Source: Chlamydiae bacterium RIFCSPLOWO2_12_FULL_49_12 (GTDB lineage: Bacteria > Chlamydiota > Chlamydiia > Chlamydiales > Rhabdochlamydiaceae). Taken from it: a DNA stretch of 64,000 nucleotides. A model generated the notes under the pieces. The model ran no database searches. It saw only the letters and a list, made by a program, of their open reading frames with translations, and was not told where the DNA came from. Each line of letters opens with the position of its first letter. Position 1 is the stretch's first letter. The position numbers were made by a program, and so were the translations under genes. The DNA is taken from positions 3,795-67,794 of the forward strand of contig MGME01000004.1 of the NCBI GenBank assembly GCA_001796315.1, in the 5' to 3' direction. Shown here one piece after another: positions 18,952 through 27,301 of this stretch.

Positions 18952-20217
18952 ATGACGGAAATTAGCATGGAAGCAATCCGGCTCTTCCAAAGGAGCCGAT
19001 TTTTCCGGGGGCTTACGGAACGGCAGATGCGCGAACTTATCCCCCTGGTGCGTAAGATCCAATTCGATGCGGGCGATTACATTGTCCACGAGGGAGATCT
19101 TGCCAATGATCTCTTCGTGATTCTGGAAGGAGAGGTCGATGTCATTAAAAAAGAGCCCTCTTCCGAACAAAGGCACCGCCTGACCAAACTCACCCAAGAA
19201 GACATTTTCGGAGAAATGTCCTTGATTGAACAGGGAACCCATTCGGCAACGGTGCGCGCGGTCAAGCCCACGACGCTTCTTGCGCTCTCGATCAATGAAG
19301 CGCGGATGCTCTCTTCTGAAAAGTCAAATTATGAAAGACTGAGGCAGAAGATGCGAGGGATTATCGAGGAGATCGACTTTCTGTCCCGAGAGCAGCCGAC
19401 CTATTTTAAGCTTTCGACAAATCTGGCGACAGAGCTCTCCTTGAGGCTTAGGCAGGCCAATGAAGTGACCGTCGACTCTCTTAAGGGACAGCTCCATGAA
19501 GCGCGCTCGAGAGTTGCGATGGGAAGCTTCATGATCAATGTTCTGACGATGCTGGTCCTATATGTCTTTTCGCTCAAGGCCATCTCGACCTTTGGAGAAG
19601 AGGGACTTTCTACTGCCATTATCTCGGTCCCCCTCATTGTTCTCTTTGCCTGCGGGCTCATCGTGATGATGAAATCGCATGGCTATCCTTTAAGCTTTTA
19701 CGGCCTCACGCGGAAGAATTGGAAGCGGAGCGCTTTCGAAGGGGTTCTGATTTCCATTCCTCTCATCGCTCTCTGTACGCTCATAAAATGGTTTTTGATC
19801 ACCTTTATTGAAGGGTTTGAAGGCGTGCGCCTCTTTAGCTTCACTTTAGGCATCAATTCCGATTACTTAGGCAAGGTTCCCCTCTTCGTCATTGTTATCC
19901 TGCCCCTCATCTATCTGCTCTTCACCCCTCTTCAGGAGTTGATTTCCCGAGGCGCTCTGCAGAGCTCGCTTGAGGAATTTCTGGTCGGAGCGCACAAACA
20001 GTGGTGGGCTATCCTCCTCTCTAACCTTCTTTTTAGCGTCACTCACCTGCACGTCTCTTTTGAAATGGCGCTCGCCGTCTTCATTCCCGGTCTGGCCTGG
20101 GGCTGGCTTTACTCTCGCCAGCGTAGCCTGGTGGGCGTCTCCGTGTCCCATATGGTGGTCGGCAGTTTTGCCTTCTATATCTTAGGAGTCCAGGGAGTTT
20201 TGACCGTAAATCCTTAA
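18952..20217 (+). CDS. Cyclic-nucleotide-binding-domain protein fused to a CPBP (CAAX/Abi-type) intramembrane protease domain
   Basis: The N-terminal cNMP fold is FFRGL...GDYIVHEGD...FVILEGEV...FGEMSLIEQGTHSATVRA. Several TM helices follow, then CPBP motifs QELISRG (EExxxR-like), FSVTH (FxxxH) and SHMVVG. ATG 18952 follows the recB stop. Confidence 0.75.
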   Translation: MTEISMEAIRLFQRSRFFRGLTERQMRELIPLVRKIQFDAGDYIVHEGDLANDLFVILEGEVDVIKKEPSSEQRHRLTKLTQEDIFGEMSLIEQGTHSATVRAVKPTTLLALSINEARMLSSEKSNYERLRQKMRGIIEEIDFLSREQPTYFKLSTNLATELSLRLRQANEVTVDSLKGQLHEARSRVAMGSFMINVLTMLVLYVFSLKAISTFGEEGLSTAIISVPLIVLFACGLIVMMKSHGYPLSFYGLTRKNWKRSAFEGVLISIPLIALCTLIKWFLITFIEGFEGVRLFSFTLGINSDYLGKVPLFVIVILPLIYLLFTPLQELISRGALQSSLEEFLVGAHKQWWAILLSNLLFSVTHLHVSFEMALAVFIPGLAWGWLYSRQRSLVGVSVSHMVVGSFAFYILGVQGVLTVNP

Positions 20218-20218
20218 G

Positions 20219-20285
20219 CTCGACTTTGCACCATTTGCGATGGCGCCTCCTTGAAATTCGGCTGTCGCAAATTGACAACGTCGAG
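20219..20285. repeat. Short hairpin element (F1), related to the arms of family G/E
   Basis: CTCGACTTTGCACCATTTGCGA...TCGCAAATTGACAACGTCGAG. The internal GGCGCCTCCTTGAAATTCGGCTGTCGCAAATTG resembles the G1 right arm and F2. Confidence 0.7.
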
Positions 20286-20291
20286 ATAAAC

Positions 20292-20456
20292 TATACACAA
20301 GTTAACTCAAGAATCGGTTTTCGGCCAGCGCGAAAACTCCCGCGGTTGGCCTATCGTAAAGAGGTCAATATTAAGTTAATATGAACCTCTTTACGATAGG
20401 TCAACCCCGGGGTTTTGGCGCGGCCCAAAGCCGATTCTTGAGCTAACTTGTGTATA
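20292..20456. repeat. Palindromic element, family A, copy A2 (165 bp)
   Basis: TATACACAAGTTAACTCAAGAATCGG ... CCGATTCTTGAGCTAACTTGTGTATA with apex GAGGTCAATATTAAGTTAATATGAACCTC. Confidence 0.92.
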
Positions 20457-20507
20457 TTCTATAATGGACGAGTGATACGCAACCTGCTTAAAAAATCAGG
20501 AGCTTAA

Positions 20508-20541
20508 GCCCAAACCCGATTCTTGAGTCAACTTGTGTATA
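20508..20541. repeat. Solo terminal arm of family A (about 34 bp)
   Basis: GCCCAAACCCGATTCTTGAGTCAACTTGTGTATA equals the right terminus of family A. It contains the first in-frame start candidates of recD. Confidence 0.8.
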
Positions 20542-22151
20542 TAGCAGATGTTGATCTTCTCTTTGCAAAGAGCGTTCTCAAATATGCGCCTTTAGCCAAG
20601 AAGGGCGCAGTTGAGGCGATTTCCCGCGCCTTGGCGGGGGCCCGCCAGGGGCATCTGTGCGTGCGGGTCGAGGATGTCACTCTTTTTCCCGAAGAGGTGG
20701 TCGAGAGAGTGGATCGGACAAGCGGTCCTTTTGCAAAGCCGCTCTGTCTCTTTGGAGACCTTCTCTATTTGCAGAAGAACTGGATTTTTGAGAACCGTCT
20801 TCTCAAGGAGCTAAAGAGATTGTCGGAGCCGCTTCCTCTCTTGCGACTCTCTGATGAGGCCGAAGATCTGACGGAAGAGCAGCGGAACGCAATGCAAAGG
20901 GCGGCCGGTTCTTCTCTTTCCCTGATCACCGGAGGGCCCGGAACGGGGAAGACCTACATGGCGGCGCGCATCATCCGGGCCTTCTTGAAAGAAAATGCGA
21001 GTTTTCGCTTGGCGCTGGCTGCCCCGACGGGAAAGGCGGCCGCTGCCCTGGAAGACGCTCTTTCCGGGATGGGGGGCTCTTTTCCTTCGGCTCGTGTGGC
21101 GACGGTGCATGCCCTGCTCTTCTTAAAGCCCCATAGTGAGGAGGTTGAAAAAAAACTCCCTTACGATCTTATCCTTGTTGACGAAGCTTCCATGCTCGAC
21201 GCGCGTCTTTTCGCCGCCCTCTTGGCGTCTGTACAAGTGGGAACGCGCCTGATCTTGATGGGAGATAGCGACCAGCTCCCGCCCGTGGAGGCGGGATCTC
21301 TTTTTGCAGATCTTTTGGATCTTGGCCTCTTTCCTTGTACGCGTCTGACGAAATGGCTGCGTACAGAGAGCCGTCCTCTTTTAGAATTGGCCCGCGCCAT
21401 ACGGGATGGAGATAAAGCTGTGGCGCTTCAACTGATGCGAAAAGAGAGTCTGCAGGGTGATTTCGGATTCTCTTTTCTCTCCGTCAACCAAATCCACGAA
21501 AGAATCTGGAGCTTTGTGAAAGAGCGCATCCCTGCGCATTTTAGCCAGAGGCCGACAAAAGAGGAAATCCGCCAGGTGTTGGAGGGATTTCGCATTCTCT
21601 CCTGCCTGAGAACGGGGCCTTTGGGCGTCGATGCCCTCAATCAAAAGCTTGTCAATCAGTTTTACAGAACAGCTCCTGTGGGGAGTTATGTGGCCATCCC
21701 CGTTCTCCTCACTCGCAGTGATTCCTCACGAGATCTTTACAACGGACAAACGGGAGTTTTCATCAAACAAAAAGAGGAAAGAGACGGCGTTCTTTTGACG
21801 GAAAAAGACGAGATCGTCTTTGCTGAGCGCACCCTGCCCGCTCTTGCTGTGGCGCACTTCGAGTATGCCTGCTGTCTCTCGGTCCACAAGAGCCAGGGGA
21901 GCGAGTATGCGGAAGTGCTGCTTCTTGTGCCTAAGGGATCGGACAATTTTGGAAGAGAGGTCCTCTATACGGCAGCAACCCGCGCAAAAAACCAATTATG
22001 GGTTGTCGGGGATGAAGCAACAATAGAAAAAGCGCTAGAGCGCTCCTCTCGCCGACAATCGGGACTTATACCGAACGCACTTCAAAAATTGGAATTTCGG
22101 CTGCGCCAAAGCCTCGGGGTTCGACAATCGCATCTCGCCCCATATTTCTAA
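20523..22151 (+). CDS. recD: Exodeoxyribonuclease V alpha subunit
   Basis: Motifs: ITGGPGTGKTY, LILVDEASMLD, LILMGDSDQLPPV, SVHKSQGSEY, YTAATRAK. The start is uncertain (TTG 20523 or GTG 20535 inside the repeat arm, or later). The last 27 codons and the TAA stop are inside repeat B2. Confidence 0.88.
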   Translation: MSQLVYIADVDLLFAKSVLKYAPLAKKGAVEAISRALAGARQGHLCVRVEDVTLFPEEVVERVDRTSGPFAKPLCLFGDLLYLQKNWIFENRLLKELKRLSEPLPLLRLSDEAEDLTEEQRNAMQRAAGSSLSLITGGPGTGKTYMAARIIRAFLKENASFRLALAAPTGKAAAALEDALSGMGGSFPSARVATVHALLFLKPHSEEVEKKLPYDLILVDEASMLDARLFAALLASVQVGTRLILMGDSDQLPPVEAGSLFADLLDLGLFPCTRLTKWLRTESRPLLELARAIRDGDKAVALQLMRKESLQGDFGFSFLSVNQIHERIWSFVKERIPAHFSQRPTKEEIRQVLEGFRILSCLRTGPLGVDALNQKLVNQFYRTAPVGSYVAIPVLLTRSDSSRDLYNGQTGVFIKQKEERDGVLLTEKDEIVFAERTLPALAVAHFEYACCLSVHKSQGSEYAEVLLLVPKGSDNFGREVLYTAATRAKNQLWVVGDEATIEKALERSSRRQSGLIPNALQKLEFRLRQSLGVRQSHLAPYF

Positions 22152-22230
22152 TATTGGGCGAGATGCGATCGTCGAACCGCGAGAGCTTTCGCGTCGGCCC
22201 AAATCCAATTTTTCAAGTGCGTTCGGTATA
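22067..22230. repeat. Palindromic element, family B, copy B2 (164 bp)
   Basis: TATACCGAACGCACTTCAAAAATTGG ... CCAATTTTTCAAGTGCGTTCGGTATA. It lies between convergent recD and rpsT and overlaps both ORF ends. Confidence 0.92.
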
Positions 22231-22539
22231 TTTAGAGGGGGCCTGGGCTTTTTGCGTAGCGGCGCTTAATTTTCGGCTGAGCTTGGACTTAATCCTGGAG
22301 GCTTTATTGGGCTTGATGATTCCCTTTTTCATGCCTTTGTCAACCAGACGATAGAGGCTGCTTAGTTTTTCGGAAGGAGCTGCAGGGCTGTTTTGCGTGC
22401 AAGCATCTTGAACGGCGCGGATAGCGTTTTTTACTTGTGATTTGAAACTCTTGTTTTTCAACAGGCATTTCTTGCTTTGCAGAATGCGCTTTTTTGCAGT
22501 GGGACGCTTTGTTTTTGTCTTTGGAGTCTCTTCAGCCAT
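22213..22539 (-). CDS. rpsT: 30S ribosomal protein S20
   Basis: Basic 108-aa protein. KKRILQSKK...NKSFKSQVKNAIR...LVDKGMKKGIIKPNKASRIKSKLS matches the S20 pattern. The last 5 codons and the stop lie in B2. Confidence 0.88.
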   Translation of the reverse strand: MAEETPKTKTKRPTAKKRILQSKKCLLKNKSFKSQVKNAIRAVQDACTQNSPAAPSEKLSSLYRLVDKGMKKGIIKPNKASRIKSKLSRKLSAATQKAQAPSKYTERT

Positions 22540-22606
22540 AGTTTCCTTTCCTTCGTTATTTCAATTTAGAGTATGGTACTATAGGAGTAAAATATAAGTC
22601 AAAACG

Positions 22607-23047
22607 ATGAGACTCTTTTACAGGGTTCTTTTTCTCATTTCCGTGTTGGTTGCTCTCTGGTTTGCTCTCAAGAGTGTCGTTGGAGCCTGGGGTTATCTCC
22701 GGCTGCAGGGACAAGCTCCTGCTGTCATCGAGGGATGGGAGATAGAAGAGATCTCTCCCTCGCAATTTGGCTACAGGGTAAAGTACTGTTTTGAAGCGCA
22801 GGGAAAGCGCGTCAAGGGAGAAGAGGTATTAAAATCGCCCCTCTATCCCAACCGCTATGCGGCAGAGGGCAGCTTAAAGTCATGGAAGGAGAGGCAATGG
22901 ACGGTCTACTATGTTCTTCTTAATCCCCTCACGAATACGCTGGAGAGATCCTTCCCCTGGAAAAGTCTTCTTTATGCCCTCATATCTATAGGCGTCTTGT
23001 TCTACTTTATTTTCCTCTATCAGAGAGCGGAACAAATGAAAAAATGA
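22607..23047 (+). CDS. DUF3592-like membrane protein (TM, beta-rich domain, TM)
   Basis: N-terminal TM (VLFLISVLVALWFAL), a central soluble region and a C-terminal TM (LLYALISIGVLFYFIFLY). The architecture is typical of DUF3592. Confidence 0.55.
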   Translation: MRLFYRVLFLISVLVALWFALKSVVGAWGYLRLQGQAPAVIEGWEIEEISPSQFGYRVKYCFEAQGKRVKGEEVLKSPLYPNRYAAEGSLKSWKERQWTVYYVLLNPLTNTLERSFPWKSLLYALISIGVLFYFIFLYQRAEQMKK

Positions 23048-23073
23048 CCGAATGCGGTCTATGCAACGCTCTC

Positions 23074-23853
23074 TCATTTTTTTGCAAGGGCCTCCAACAA
23101 GAGCTGTAAAAAGGCGTTGCAGAGCGTGCGGATGCTCTTCCACAGAGAAGAAGGCCTTCTTTTTTTGATCAGATGCTGCTTTCTTTTGTTAAAATATTCC
23201 TTGAGCCCGGGATCTAAACAGAAGCGATGGGCCAGCGAGCCATAAAAGGTCCGGTTGCCGGCCGCCTGAAGAGGGCGCGAGAGGAGAACGGGAAGAGGCT
23301 CGGAAGAAAAGAGGCGCCTGCTCTGCCGGCAGACCTCAAACTGGTCGTAGATGAGCCAGCCTCCTCTTTGATTAAAGCGAGCAAAGAACGAGAGGCCGCC
23401 TCGCAAATACTCTTCTGCAGCCGAGAGAAAATTTTTATTAAAGCGCCTCTGGTAAAGGATCCAAACGGGGAGGAGATGGAGGCTTTGATAGGCTTCGCAG
23501 CGCGCCCGGGCTTCTTCCAAAGAGATTGACGAGCACTGGATCTCAAAGACGATTTTTTCCCTTTCCCAAGAGACGTCCGCGATGCGCCCGATGGCGGGAT
23601 AAGCCTTTTCGATAGCTCCTTCGCCCGGAGGAAGAAGCTTGAGAATGAAGAGTTGCAGCTGCAAATGGGCCCAGCTCTTTTCGTGCTGGCGGCAGGAGAG
23701 GGGGGGAGAGAGGTGGAAAAAGTGGGGTTGGCGGTGAGGCCCATGGCGCAGGCGTACCGTAGCGCCACATTCCAGACAGGCGTAGTCGCTCCGTTTTTTA
23801 GCCTCCGAAGCTAAAACATTAAAACCTTTTTTGCATCGAGCAAGAAGCTGCAT
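23074..23853 (-). CDS. CoiA-like competence/nuclease family protein
   Basis: CLECGATVRLRHGPHRQPHFFH...HEKSWAHLQLQ...GRIADVSWEREKIVFEIQCSSISLEEARARCEAYQSLHLLPVWIL follows the CoiA pattern (C..C, HFxH, R.aDV, EiQcS.is, Y..., WIl). Confidence 0.65.
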   Translation of the reverse strand: MQLLARCKKGFNVLASEAKKRSDYACLECGATVRLRHGPHRQPHFFHLSPPLSCRQHEKSWAHLQLQLFILKLLPPGEGAIEKAYPAIGRIADVSWEREKIVFEIQCSSISLEEARARCEAYQSLHLLPVWILYQRRFNKNFLSAAEEYLRGGLSFFARFNQRGGWLIYDQFEVCRQSRRLFSSEPLPVLLSRPLQAAGNRTFYGSLAHRFCLDPGLKEYFNKRKQHLIKKRRPSSLWKSIRTLCNAFLQLLLEALAKK

Positions 23854-23868
23854 AAGTTCTTGTGATCC

Positions 23869-23898
23869 TTGACAGTTAGGAAAATATTAAGGTATAAT
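23869..23898 (+). promoter_or_regulatory. Consensus sigma-70/sigma-66-type promoter upstream of rpoD
   Basis: TTGACA (23869-23874), an 18-nt AT-rich spacer, then TATAAT (23893-23898), about 28 nt before the rpoD ATG. Confidence 0.55.
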
Positions 23899-23926
23899 AT
23901 AAAAATTACCGATAATTTTTTTTATC

Positions 23927-25594
23927 ATGGCCAAAACTTCATCTTTTAACGCTCCTTTTAGTCAGCAGCACCAACAAAAAATCGAAGAACTCGTCGCCCT
24001 CGCTAAAGAGCAGGGGTACATCACTTATGAGGAGATTAATGAAATTCTCCCGATGAACTTCGACTCTGCAGAGCAGATCGATCAGGTGCTCATCTTTCTC
24101 TCGGGGATGGATATACAAATCTTGAACCAGATGGAAGTGGAGCGGCAAAAGGAGCGAAAGAAAGAGGCCAAAGAGCTCGAGGGCCTTCCCAAGCGTCCTG
24201 AAGGCATTTCCGAAGATCCCGTGAGGATGTATTTGAAGGAGATGGGATCGGTTCCCCTCCTGAGCCGCGAGGAGGAGGTGGAGATCTCCAAGCGGATTGA
24301 AAAAGCGCAGATTCAGATCGAGAAGATCATCATGCGTTTTCGCTTTTCCAATCGCGAAGCGATCTCCATTGCAAACTACCTGATCTCCTCCAAAGACCGC
24401 TTTGATAAGCTCATTGCGGAAAAAGAGGTTGCGGATAAACAGCTTTTCTTAAAGCTCCTCCCCCGGTTGAGCGATTTGCTCAAACAAGAAGATGGGATCT
24501 TGCAGAATCTCTTGCTCCAAATGTGCGACCCTCACATCAAGAAAGTGAATCAAATCAAGTTTCAGGAAGAGATTGAAAAATGCCGCATCCGCACGCAGGC
24601 CTATTTAAGGCAGATGCACTTTCGCCATAACATCATCGAAGATTTTGGAGAGGTGATTCAATCTGCATATGATCGCTTTTTGGTTCTGGAAAAAGAGACG
24701 GCGGAGCTCGCTCCCCGAGCCGAAAAAAATAAATTTGCAGCTTCGAAGCTGCTTGCGGTCGACAGAAAGCTTCGCAAGCGTGAACTGGCAGCGGGAAGGA
24801 CGCTGGAAGAGTTTAAAAAAGATGTACGCATGCTGCAGCGCTGGATGGACAAAAGTCAGGAAGCCAAGCGGGAGATGGTGGAGTCGAACTTGCGTCTTGT
24901 CATCTCCATTGCAAAAAAGTACACCAACCGCGGCCTCTCCTTTCTGGATCTCATCCAGGAAGGCAACATGGGCCTGATGAAGGCCGTCGAAAAGTTCGAA
25001 TACCGCCGCGGCTACAAATTTTCAACTTATGCCACATGGTGGATCCGACAGGCTGTGACCCGCGCCATTGCCGATCAGGCCCGTACTATCCGCATCCCTG
25101 TGCACATGATCGAAACGATTAACAAAGTGCTGCGCGGGGCCAAGAAACTGATGATGGAGACGGGACGGGAGCCTACTCCGGAAGAGCTGGCCTTGGAGCT
25201 TGGCCTCACTCCCGAGCGCGTGCGCGAAATCTACAAGATTGCACAGCATCCCATCTCGCTCCAGGCAGAAGTTGGAGAAGGGGGCGAAAGTCAATTCGGC
25301 GACTTTTTGGAAGATACTGCTATCGAATCTCCTGCTGAAGCAACCGGATACGCCATCCTCAAAGATAAGATCAATGAAGTGCTTGCCACCCTTACAGACC
25401 GAGAACGCACCGTTCTCATTGAGAGATTTGGCCTGCTTGACGGCAAGCCTAAGACTCTGGAAGAGGTAGGCGTGCGCTTCAAGGTCACCCGCGAACGGGT
25501 GCGCCAAATTGAAGCCAAGGCCCTTCGGAAGATGCGCCATCCTACCCGCTCCAGGCAATTACAGGCCTTTTTGGATTTGATTGAAGGAGAATAG
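23927..25594 (+). CDS. rpoD: RNA polymerase primary sigma factor
   Basis: Regions 1.2-4.2 are recognisable: [74 protein letters not shown]. Confidence 0.97.
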   Translation: MAKTSSFNAPFSQQHQQKIEELVALAKEQGYITYEEINEILPMNFDSAEQIDQVLIFLSGMDIQILNQMEVERQKERKKEAKELEGLPKRPEGISEDPVRMYLKEMGSVPLLSREEEVEISKRIEKAQIQIEKIIMRFRFSNREAISIANYLISSKDRFDKLIAEKEVADKQLFLKLLPRLSDLLKQEDGILQNLLLQMCDPHIKKVNQIKFQEEIEKCRIRTQAYLRQMHFRHNIIEDFGEVIQSAYDRFLVLEKETAELAPRAEKNKFAASKLLAVDRKLRKRELAAGRTLEEFKKDVRMLQRWMDKSQEAKREMVESNLRLVISIAKKYTNRGLSFLDLIQEGNMGLMKAVEKFEYRRGYKFSTYATWWIRQAVTRAIADQARTIRIPVHMIETINKVLRGAKKLMMETGREPTPEELALELGLTPERVREIYKIAQHPISLQAEVGEGGESQFGDFLEDTAIESPAEATGYAILKDKINEVLATLTDRERTVLIERFGLLDGKPKTLEEVGVRFKVTRERVRQIEAKALRKMRHPTRSRQLQAFLDLIEGE

Positions 25595-25595
25595 A

Positions 25596-25668
25596 TGGAG
25601 CGTAGCGGAATCGAACCGCTGACCTCAACAATGCGAGTGTTGCGCTCTACCAACTGAGCTAACGCCCC
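25596..25668 (-). tRNA. tRNA-Ala (anticodon CGC)
   Basis: The reverse complement GGGGCGTTAGCTCAGTTGGTAGAGCGCAACACTCGCATTGTTGAGGTCAGCGGTTCGATTCCGCTACGCTCCA folds as a cloverleaf. It has a G3:U70 pair and anticodon loop CTCGCAT. No CCA is encoded. Confidence 0.92.
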
Positions 25669-25682
25669 AGAAAAAACAACTC

Positions 25683-25790
25683 TTAAACTCGACTTTGCAA
25701 CTTTTTGGACCCGCCTGCCTCGTCTATTTGCTCCCCCGAGAGCAAATATCTCGAGGCCTTCGGGCCCAAAAAGTTGCAAAGTCGAGTTAA
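25683..25790. repeat. Palindromic element E1 (108 bp), a short relative of family G
   Basis: TTAAACTCGACTTTGCAACTTTTTGG...CCAAAAAGTTGCAAAGTCGAGTTAA with an internal hairpin TATTTGCTC...GAGCAAATA. It lies between the two tRNA-Ala genes. Confidence 0.85.
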
Positions 25791-25804
25791 AAACGGAGTA
25801 GAAA

Positions 25805-25877
25805 TGGAGCGTAGCGGGGTCGAACCGCTGACCTCAACAATGCCATTGTTGCGCTCTACCAACTGAGCTAACGCCCC
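25805..25877 (-). tRNA. tRNA-Ala (anticodon GGC)
   Basis: The reverse complement GGGGCGTTAGCTCAGTTGGTAGAGCGCAACAATGGCATTGTTGAGGTCAGCGGTTCGACCCCGCTACGCTCCA has G3:U70 and anticodon loop ATGGCAT. It is near-identical to the neighbouring tRNA-Ala. Confidence 0.92.
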
Positions 25878-25885
25878 AGCAAAAA

Positions 25886-26045
25886 GGCAACTTCTCATAA
25901 AGTTGAGGTAAACATTTCGTGGCGAGACCAAGGAGTCGAAAAGTTTGTGAGAAGTCCATAGCCAAAGCGCTATGGACGACGAACAAAATTTTCGAATCCG
26001 ACGGTCGCAGCCCGAAATGTTACCTCAACTTTATGAGATGTTGCC
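25886..26045. repeat. Palindromic element H1 (160 bp hairpin)
   Basis: GGCAACTTCTCATAAAGTTGAGGTAAACATTTCG ... CGAAATGTTACCTCAACTTTATGAGATGTTGCC, flanked by AAAAA on both sides, with apex CCATAGCCAAAGCGCTATGG. Confidence 0.88.
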
Positions 26046-26101
26046 AAAAAGTCAGTATTTTAGATTGAATCCTTTTTTCCAACAATATAATCTCCACTCT
26101 G

Positions 26102-27301
26102 ATGTCTCTCTTTGCACAGGTCTTGCTTGCTCCTTCTGATCCCATCTATGGACTCATGGAGGATTTTAAAAACGATCCAAGAGAAAAAAAGGTCAATTTG
26201 GGGATTGGGATCTACAAGGATGACTGCCTCAATACCCCCAAGATGCGTTCTGTCGCAAAAGCCGAAGAGATTCTCTTAAAAAAGGAAAAAGAGAAGCTCT
26301 ATCTGCCGATAGAGGGCAATCCGCTCTACTTGCAACGAGTGGGCAGTTTGCTCTTTGGGGACGCTTTTTGGCAGGAGCATCACATGAGAGCCGCCGCAAT
26401 TCAGACTGTGGGCGGAACGGGAGCGCTGAGACTTGGGGGTGATTTTTTGAAAAAAGAGGGATTAAATCGGCTCTATATCAGTCATCCCACGTGGCCGAAT
26501 CACAAAAAAATTTTTACGCAGGCAGGGCTTACCCCCCTCCCCTATCCCTATTTTCATGAAGGGGAAAAGAGGGTCTTTTTTGAAGAAATGAAGCTCTTTT
26601 TAATGAAGCAAGAGAAGAGAGGCGCTCTTCTTTTACATGCCTGTTGCCACAATCCTTCCGGAATGGACATGAGCAGGGAAGAGTGGAGGGAGGTCGCAAC
26701 GATCTGTAGAGAAAGAGAGCTGCTTCCCCTTTTTGATCTTGCGTATCTCGGCTTTGGCTGCGGTTTGGAAGACGACGCCTTTCCCGTGCGCTATTTTGCG
26801 GAGCAAGGGCTTGAATTCTTTGTTGCCCTCTCTTTTTCAAAAAACTTTAACCTCTACGGGGAACGTGTCGGAGCCCTCTATTTTTTTGGGGAGCATCCCG
26901 AGACGGCCTGCAGGATCAAGAGCGTGCTCAAGAGCCTTGTGCGCACAGCCTATTCGAGTCCTCCGCTGCATGGAGCGGCCATTGTTTCAGAGATTTTGGG
27001 ATCTAAAGTCCTTAAGAGAGAATGGGAGGAGGAGCTCCATGCCATGAAAGAGCGTATTGAGCGTATGAAGCGCAGTTTAAAAGAGGCGCTCTCTAATGGA
27101 TCTCGAAAAGAGGCATTTCGGTTTTTCGATTCGACCAAAGGGATGTTTCTTCTTTCGGGATTAACCGAAAGCCAGGTCGAGAGGATGATAAGAGAGCGTG
27201 GAATTTACATGACAAAAGACGGCAGGGTCAATCTGGCAGCTTTGACTCCGGATAATCTCGATGGCGTGGCGAATGCGATGCTTGAGGCAGGACTAGAATG
27301 A
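26102..27301 (+). CDS. aspC: Aspartate/aromatic amino acid aminotransferase (class I)
   Basis: The PLP-lysine motif SFSKNFNLYGERVGAL is present, along with HACCHNPSG and the N-terminal DPIYGL...KVNLGIGIY pattern. Confidence 0.92.
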   Translation: MSLFAQVLLAPSDPIYGLMEDFKNDPREKKVNLGIGIYKDDCLNTPKMRSVAKAEEILLKKEKEKLYLPIEGNPLYLQRVGSLLFGDAFWQEHHMRAAAIQTVGGTGALRLGGDFLKKEGLNRLYISHPTWPNHKKIFTQAGLTPLPYPYFHEGEKRVFFEEMKLFLMKQEKRGALLLHACCHNPSGMDMSREEWREVATICRERELLPLFDLAYLGFGCGLEDDAFPVRYFAEQGLEFFVALSFSKNFNLYGERVGALYFFGEHPETACRIKSVLKSLVRTAYSSPPLHGAAIVSEILGSKVLKREWEEELHAMKERIERMKRSLKEALSNGSRKEAFRFFDSTKGMFLLSGLTESQVERMIRERGIYMTKDGRVNLAALTPDNLDGVANAMLEAGLE

